From Minutocellus sp. GHC0000111 (Eukaryota): 64,000 nucleotides of DNA. Position 1 is the stretch's first letter. Each line of letters opens with the position of its first letter. The stretch spans positions 1,736,001-1,800,000 of the forward strand of contig OZ361260.1 in NCBI GenBank assembly GCA_977018835.1, given 5' to 3'. Below the pieces are notes generated by a model. That model had not been told where the DNA came from, ran no database searches, and saw nothing but the letters and a program-made list of their open reading frames with translations. Both the position numbers and the translations under genes were made by a program. Positions 56,122 to 64,000 of this stretch are shown here, one piece after another.

Positions 56122-59100
56122 CTACGGCGGAGGGTCTCCAAATATTGCAAAACAATCCAGTTCACCCGTGCTCTCACCGCCATTATAGAAATCAAATATT
56201 GCAAGGGTCCAAATGCCCTCTGGATCTTGCCCATCAAAAGTACTAAGGGGTTCATTTGGGCAGTAGATGGGAGTTGGTACAGGTACAGGCGTAGGTGGCA
56301 AGGGTCCGGTATCACACGATGCACCTCCTGTCGTAGTATCTTGAAAGACTGTATCAGAGCAAGAAGTATCGGCAATGTCAACGGGGAGGGCGGGATTTGT
56401 CCCAGCCACATGTGAGAAACCAGCTTCGCAACCTTCGCTTCCTCCACAAATTGCGCCTGGAGTAAGATTATTGGGGCAGCCGGGCCGGTCCAACAGGTTG
56501 ACTGAAGTGCCTTGGGGCGATGTGAGAACAATTTTTAGATCACCAATGTAATCTTTTTGAATGTTTAATCGCACATTGAGATTGCAGACTTTGTACCCCG
56601 ACGCTGTCACATTAATTGTCTCGAATAATGGAACTGCAGATCCACCGGAATAAATTTGGAATTTCCCTGGCGGTAACATTCGGTTCGCATAGAGTTGAAT
56701 AGAAGAAGTCTGGAAACATATCATCTGGCAGACATCGTGTTGGTTCACTCGATGGCATGGCGCTCGGCATCAAGCTCAAGCTCGGATTGCTCGACGGAAA
56801 TTCACTGGGAATGCTCGATGGATTGCTCGATGGTTCACTGCTAGGCTCGGCGCTTGGCATTGAGCTCATGCTAGGATTGCTCGACGGTTCGCTGTTCGGT
56901 ACGCTACTAGGTTCGCTGGAAGGATCGCTACTTGGTTCACTTGATGGATCACTGCTCGGCATAGTGCTTGGTACGCTGGAAGGATCGGCACTCGGCATCA
57001 GACTGACGGTCGGCATCGATGAGATACTTGGCATTTCAGAGGGACAATCGGCACCGCATACTTCACCTGGATCGCATTCATCTTGGCCATCACCGGCACA
57101 TAAGCGCCATCGCACGCCCCTTCGGTGTTGCAGGCTCCATTACCAATGATGTCGGATGAATTGCAAGCTCGAGCGGCATTGCACGAATTATCGCCAATAC
57201 TACCGGCGATGCGACAGGCATTCGTAGCACTGCATGAGCCCATTCCAACGGGGCCTTCAACACCGGCACACGCACCAGCTCCGATGCAAGAGTCGCAAAG
57301 AATATACTCAGCATCTGCTAGATTGCAGGCGCGAACCCCCCTGCAAGAATTACTGCCAATGTTGCCGGTTATGTCCTGGCAGGCATCAGATTCAGTAGCA
57401 CCAACAGTCAAGTTACCATTGCACGAATTGATGTCAATGATGACGTCTTGGCCTAGTCCTACGCAATCATTGGGTCCATTACACAATCCTGGGCAGACAG
57501 TTGCTTCTCCAACCCATCCGGTGCACGCACCTGTGCCACTGCAGCAAGTTCCAGCATAATCTGATGTAACTTGTGCGAACGTTCCTGTGAAACAGGGACA
57601 GCAACGCGGTTCAGGTAAGGCGACTAAGTCGTCTCGGAAGGCTTCGTAACAGCTGCGCTGACAATAGATCGGAGATGATCCTCTCCAATCGAGACAGCGT
57701 GCTAAGGCCTCTACAGTTCCATTTACAGGGTCAGATAGAATTCCCTGAACAAGGTCTCTACAACTCGAAAATCTTCCAGTATCAATTTGTCCCTGGGGCA
57801 ATTTGTCACTGCACAGAGTGCACTGCAGATGAAATAATATTTATATAAAATGTAACAAGAGAGAAACAGAGAGGAGGGGACAGAGATGGAATATGAGTTT
57901 AGAGGTACGCGAATAACATTTTTCCAGATACAACATCAACATCATACAACAAAAGCCAGAGTCTCTTGAAGTTGCTCTAGCTAGGCAAAACTACGAGAGA
58001 AATTATACTTACAGCAGCAGTTGGCATCGAGCTTGGAGCATCCGACGGTGCCAAGCTAGGCCTGTTCGATGGCAGAGATGATGGACTAGTACTTGGAACA
58101 TGACTCGGCTCGTCACTCGGTGATGTCGATGGAAGCATGGAAGGCGCATCGGAAGGGACAAAGCTCGGTTCGTCGCTAGGAGCGACCGATGGATCGGTCG
58201 AGGGTAATAGACTTGGTTCACTTGATGGGTCTGATGATGGTGACTCGCTTGGGACGGGCTGACAGGTGGTAGTGCCAGAAGATTGAGCTTGGCACGTCCG
58301 CGTCTCCCTGGTGATGGGATCAGGGCAGCATCTATCGGGAACTAGTACATCACATTCAAGAAGATCAAATAAACATTGAATCGTCGGATCACTCGACGGC
58401 ATCGAAGATGGCTCATCGGATGGAAGCTTACGGTCTAAGCAGACGTTTCGCCCCCCCGGACTGCTTGGTGGAAAGCAATCAGATTCGTCGCAGCATCCAA
58501 CAGTGCCTGCCGTCCCACAGCAGTCGCCTGTTACCAAGCTGCACCCCAGTTCCGTTAAGCAAGTCTCAGTGGGTCCATTAGAGGGCATATCAGAAGGTTC
58601 TGACGAAGGTTGTACACTCGGTGAGCTCGAGGGTAGAAGCGACGGTTCATTACTTGGTGATTGACTTGGACTGGTACTCGGGACCATGGAAGGAAGGTGT
58701 GATGGCTCATCGCTTGGCGATAAAGACGGAATATGAGAAGGGATAACGCTGGGCAATACAGATGGAGATACCGAGGGAATTGTAGTCGGCGCATCACTGG
58801 GCGAGGTCGATGGGAGTCTCGAGGGCTCGACGGACGGAACGAGACTCGGCTCGTCGCTAGGAGATATCGATGGCGTCGCACTCGGCTCTTGAGACGGCAT
58901 AGGACTTGTCGTCGGCGGATCTGAGAAGGACGGTGATGATGATGGTCTCAGACTTGTGGTAGGCTGATGAGATACAGATGGATTCGCGCTTGGACTACTC
59001 GAGGGAATATTACTGGGCACGTCTGAAGGCGACGAGCTCGGTAGACGAGAGGGCGACGAGCTGGGCAGTCGACTCGGTTCATCGGAGGGAGATGGGCTGG

Positions 59101-60408
59101 GCAAAGATGAAGGGATGAGCTCGGAGGGGACGACGGAGAGACACTGGGGTTGTTGGTGACCAAGGGAGTTCTTGGAAATACTGGGCAACAACAATTGTCA
59201 ATCTGATTCTTGCACTTTTGATACTCTACGGGCTCAAAGATCAAGTTCTCACAATTGACAATGGCCTCGAAGCTGCTGCATATTTTATTGCACTTGTTCC
59301 TGGTCTTGCAGAATTGCCTTCCAAAAAACTTTTTGCACTTCTTGGAACACTGCCTCTGGGCTTTGCAGCGCTTGGGAAAGCATCCAATCTCTAGATCACC
59401 AATGGTGGTGCCACAGAATTCAACCTTTCTACGTTTGCTGCAGGTCTTCTTTTTACATCTGGTACAAAACTTGGGGATCTTTTGAGGACGATTGGGCCTG
59501 CGTGTCGGACGCTGCTGTGGCCGAGGCCGAGGTCCAGGCCGAGGATATTGTCCCTTACCAGGAGGCCCGGGAGGTCTCGGGTAGGGCCCAGGCCGTGGGC
59601 GAACAATCGGACGAGGGCGAGGCCTAGAGCATAACGAAGAAGGGATGAAGGGTTGGACAATGAAAATGAATGTGAGTCATATTCCGCATAGAAAGCTGGT
59701 CAAAGATTTGATTATGGATACGACGGCATCGACGACGAGTCATCGCACAAGGAGCATGCCGTAGGATGTCATCAACAGGACAACAGGAAGCGGCAACAGC
59801 AAGTCAACTTACCGAGGACGAGTAGGACGAGGGTTGTAATGAGGTCTGTGGCCAGATCCTCCAGTAGGAGTTGGAGGGTATGGGCCCGGCCACTGAGGCC
59901 ACTGGGGCGTCGGACTTGGCGGGTAGGGCCATGGAGGATAACCGCCCTTTGAGTACTTGTAAACACGGCCTGTGCCCTGAGCAGAGTCGTGCCGGAATAT
60001 GTTGTCCCCACCAGCACCATCATCAGTAGCAGTATTTGTGCCAGTGGTAGCTGTGTTCGTACTTCGAATAAAGACATTCTCATTCAAAGCCCTCCGCTCG
60101 GGAGGTTCGTCGTCGCGCTCATCCAGGGGCATAAAAGTCTCCCATTCGTTCCCGATCGCTCCGCTCTCGTGCTCTTGGCCGGCCGAATCATCGTCGACAA
60201 CTCTACCGTGACGAATGAACGATGCGATGGTCGATCTTTGACGAGCACCGATGTGCTCCTGATCACCAGGATGGTAACCACCACGAAGGATGGAGTTCTT
60301 CGGTTTGGTGGTTTCACTGTTGCCGGTACTGGAATCTGCAAATCCACATGTCACCAGAGAACAAGCAGAGAGAAGAAGCAGCGCCGCGGGATATCTGACG
60401 AACACCAT
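56122..60408 (-). pseudogene. Large secreted mucin/cell-wall-like protein (Pro/Arg-rich, Cys/Lys-rich, PSxxPS arrays, SCxxxxAC repeats, C-terminal proprotein-convertase P domain); introns 59812-59624 and 58012-57823; four apparent frameshifts (about 59452, 59112, 57103, 56655)
   Basis: Signal peptide MVFVRYPAALLLLSACSLVTCG; RRAL motif; P-domain YIGDLKIVLTSPQG...PLSTFDGQDPEGIWTLAIFD...TGEL. Exon and frame joins were read by hand. Confidence 0.7.
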
Positions 60409-61619
60409 GTTGGCGACGGAAGTTCTATCACCAACAGACGCTCCGGAGCAGTACCTTTTGGTTTGATTGGGTGGGTGGCTGGAAGAATAATACTCGTTGC
60501 CGGCAGCTAGTATCGATGAATGAATCAATTAGATTACGACAGGGCGGTATGGCATGTATCGAGGAATGAGGGGGCTGCCATGTCTCTGCTAAAACAATTT
60601 TTTCCTGGCTATCTATTCCCAAATCACTCAAGATTGGCCCGCTGGCTCTCTGAAACGGTTCTTGAAAGGTAAAAAATGGCGACTGGACAAACCTCGGCCG
60701 GAGCATGATTACAAATAACATTCAGTCTATGGGTCTGTTCAAAGGTCCTTTGAATAAGTGCCAAGGGTGCTTGTTGGGAGGCCGAAACCAGAAGAAGACA
60801 TTTTTTTCGCATCGATGCGAATGGTCGATAGCAATAAGGGCGATAAGTTGTTGGCAGTTGCTCCAGAGACGGACTTCTCTCCAAGGCGGCAGCACTTTTA
60901 AGAAATCGATAGGATCCGAGAAAGCAGCAGTAGAATACAAATCTTGTCCTGTCACTTTTGTTGAGAAAACTACCGGTGCCGCTGATGTTAAATCTGAGGG
61001 TACTGGATCTGGGGAGCGATGTACCGGTATTGATTGTGCCGCAATAACAAATAAATCGGTGCTGCATGGAACCTAGAAATTGGACTTGTCACGATCGAAT
61101 GCGAAAGGATGGGGCGCAACTGTGCCAGGATTCTATGCTCAAAGAGCAAGGGCAGCAACCGGGAGATCGTGATTGCTACGTACACTTGAAGGGTAGCAAC
61201 TACGTAGTAGCTGAGGCGATTAAGGAACCGAGAGATCGCTTGCATATGCATCGCCGATATCCAAATCGACGAGATCTGCTAATTTTAGACAATCTTATGC
61301 AAACCCTCCCATTGCAACGTAGCATCTATGTACACGTAGCTGTGCAATGAAGACCTATGCGGGATTCTTACAACGAATTGAAAATTGCGCTTTCCTACTC
61401 TAGCTAGCTAGCTACGTGTAGCTAGCTCGCTAGAGAAGCAAGGACAGACAGCAACACACAACACGAAGAATAGCTGCTGTCAATACTACGTAGTAAATGT
61501 ACGATCCAACACATGTATGACTATTTTCTACGCAAGCGTTTATCAGATTTATCAGATCGACACAATCAGACGATAGAAAGAGAAGAAAGGGCAAGTAGAA
61601 CAAGTAAAGGAAAAAATAT

Positions 61620-63111
61620 TCACGAATTCTTGACGGTGCTGCCAGCAGTAGGGTGTCCGCTAGGAGATTCATTTGACTTGCCCGTGGCTGCGATGCCTGC
61701 TGCAGCTCGCGATTGCATCAGTGCCGCGTCCAATTGACGTCTGCGCTCTTCTATCACTTGCACCATAGTTTCTTTGTCACCAACCGCAGCGATCAAGCGC
61801 TGGTACTCGCGCTTGGCCTGTCTCTTCTCTTCAATTGCCTTGTCCAGAATGTCAACTCGTCGAGCTACTGCTCCATTTTGTCCACCAGCACCAGCAACAA
61901 GCGTTCGATATCTCGCTGCTTCCCTATTTCTATTCAATGTAGCCTCTCGATACCTCGATGCTTCATCTCGCAGCTTAGCCAAACCTAGATCTACTTCTTG
62001 GCGATTTTGGGCAAGGGCATTGTTCACAGCTTCAACGAATTTGTTGTGCTCGGCGGCAATGATGGCTACCGCATCCTTCTCCTTCCCGACCGATGTGGCT
62101 GCCGCACTGATAGCTCCGTCATGCTTTGATGTTGCTCCAGTAATAGCAGCTTTGGCATCTGTACAGGTAGCTAGTAGAAACTCTTCAGCTCCTTTCCACC
62201 TCCTCACGTCATCTGCGTTGCCTGCGTCGTCCTCTTTCAACACCTCAACATCTTTCTGGGGCAAGCTCCGACCGGATGAATCTGCTACGACCGAGGTCTT
62301 TGTCGCAGATGGTTTACATTCATCTTGAGACCTTGCAGGCGCTGCAGGCACAGCAGCAGAGTTGCTGGCATCGTCAGTGGAAAGGCGAAGCAAATCAAGT
62401 TGCAGAGGCTTTCCGTCCTCAGTATTCCTCATCAGCTCGGCAACCGGACGCATGGAAAATCCACTGCACATGTCCATAGTGTGGATATTAAATACAATCT
62501 GACCATTTACAGCAACTACAACATCACCCTTTTTTGGAAATTCGCAAGGCTTTAGTGTTGCGGCGTAGGTCTTTGAGGTGGTGGGGGGGGCGGTAATCAT
62601 ACCGGACAATTACGCGGTCCGAGCCCTGGTCGGGGCGAATTCCTAGGCCGAAGGAGGACGTTGGATCGCTGGAGTCTTTTCGTGGCAGAGTAATGCCACG
62701 AATGAGCTTCCAATCAGCTGGAGTTGGGGTGTTTTTCCCCGGGGAATTGTTCGATGCATTCTTCTTGCTGCGCTTCTTTTTTGTGCGGGTGTCATTTAGT
62801 GGTGCGGGTGGCGTGGATCTCTTACTAGCATGCATCGTCGTGGAGCTGTCAGTAGGACCAGTCCGCTGCGAGGCATGACCTCCTCGTCGAGACACGCGTC
62901 CTCGGAAGGTGGAGCTGTTGTTGGAATCGTTTAGTCCGCCGACCATTGTCATGGTTGGTAGTGGGGCGGGGTCCGTCCGACGAGGGGAGGATTCAGTTTT
63001 CTTTGCAGCGGGCTTCTTTTCCGCCGCCGCCTCCTGCGCCTCGGACATGACCGACTGCTGGCTCGAATCTGCCGGTGACTTGCTGTTTGGTAGATGTCGT
63101 ATTGTTGGCAT
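61620..63111 (-). pseudogene. PDZ-like domain plus coiled-coil protein with a frameshift near 62605
   Basis: ITLPRKD...SSFGLGIR...VIV and KKGDVVVAVNG...LQLDLLR, the two halves of a PDZ-like fold, lie in different frames. Confidence 0.6.
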
Positions 63112-63524
63112 GTGATTTGATGCCAGTTTGGAGATGACTACGGCAGCAGTACCATTGGTAGAGGAGTGGTTGAAGGCGATCCTCGCTCGGCGTCAAGTCA
63201 CATAAAAATCTTGCAGCCGGATGGATTGATTGATTGATTGATTCGATTGATCGTCGCAGCTTTGACAAGGACCAGGCAGCCAGTCACTCGCCCATGCGTT
63301 GGGCGTTATTTTACCGCACGGGATTAGATTTGCCGTGTTTGCTGCAAAAAATAATGCTGCCGCCTCGATCGATACTGCCGCCTCGATCGACTTCCTTCCC
63401 GAGGCACATAAGTCGACGGGCAGGGAAAGATGATGCCATCGGCCCACCGACCCGACTCACGCCCCTCATTGTCTTTGAATCGAATCATCCACTCCACTGC
63501 TGCTTCACAACAGATTCTGCTGCG

Positions 63525-64000
63525 ATGCCGACGCTCCGCTACGTTGACACCGAAAGTGTCAGTCAGGGCGGAGGCGAACCGAAAGATCAAGTGCCGCGCC
63601 AGAGACGACCCGTCGACACCAATCACAAAGCCGGCACAACTGTTGCAGTAGCAGCATCATCTCGTAACGCTGTTACAGACGCGAATCAAATACCGCACCA
63701 GAGACGACCAGTCGACGCCAGTCATGGTGCCGGCTCCGCCGTTGGCGCAGCAGCAGCACCGTCGGCTCGTGGCGCTGCCGCCGGCCCCGCCGCTACAAGC
63801 ACAGCCCTAAAGAGTCGAAAGCAGTCACTCGGGAGGAAAGGTGGCACAAACAATACCGCCCCAGCTCCGAATCCAACACCGCCTTCATCCTCAAACACCA
63901 GTCCAGCCAAAAGTGGTCGGAGCTCTCGTCCCGTGGCCCCAACAAAAAAGATACGTCGGTCGTGTTCCATGCCAAACTGCATCAAACCTTCGCAAGGCCC
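63525..64000 (+). CDS. 5' part of a gene running off the window; ends in a CxxxxCxKxxQG zinc-finger-like start
   Basis: Open frame from ATG 63525 (MPTLRYVD...) to the window end (...RRSCSMPNCIKPSQG), with a duplicated QRRPVD motif. Confidence 0.6.
   Translation, partial: MPTLRYVDTESVSQGGGEPKDQVPRQRRPVDTNHKAGTTVAVAASSRNAVTDANQIPHQRRPVDASHGAGSAVGAAAAPSARGAAAGPAATSTALKSRKQSLGRKGGTNNTAPAPNPTPPSSSNTSPAKSGRSSRPVAPTKKIRRSCSMPNCIKPSQG

Noticed and set aside
60600..61400. Several short ORFs upstream of the mucin-like gene
   Set aside because: No recognisable motif or consistent frame.
63357..63390. 16-bp tandem duplication CTGCCGCCTCGATCGA in the divergent promoter
   Set aside because: A short local duplication with no other copies seen and no evidence of function.

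Overview
This is gene-dense eukaryotic nuclear DNA with short GT-AG introns, most likely from a diatom: two genes carry ASAFAP-type plastid presequences, several secreted proteins carry RxL motifs and PSxxPS repeats, and there is a RING+Sel1 gene. About 27 protein-coding loci are visible. Conserved genes with intact frames include a DENN+ENTH protein, a PDH E2/E3BP-like protein, CAF-1 p60, exocyst Sec6, DNA polymerase eta, a sulfatase, syntaxin-18 and a GH26 mannanase. The strongest hidden signal, missed by the ORF track, is a thioredoxin-fold gene at 12596-13156 with two in-frame TGA codons, one in a UxxC redox motif. Its 3' UTR has a complete SECIS-like hairpin with an unusually long apical stem, making it a candidate di-selenocysteine selenoprotein. 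Other points of interest are an E2 paralog lacking the catalytic His, an unnamed Cys-rich extracellular domain present three times, two convergent genes fused with both 3' ends missing, and frameshifts confined to accessory genes. No rRNA, tRNA or CRISPR array was seen. All family assignments come from motif recognition by eye, not database searches.
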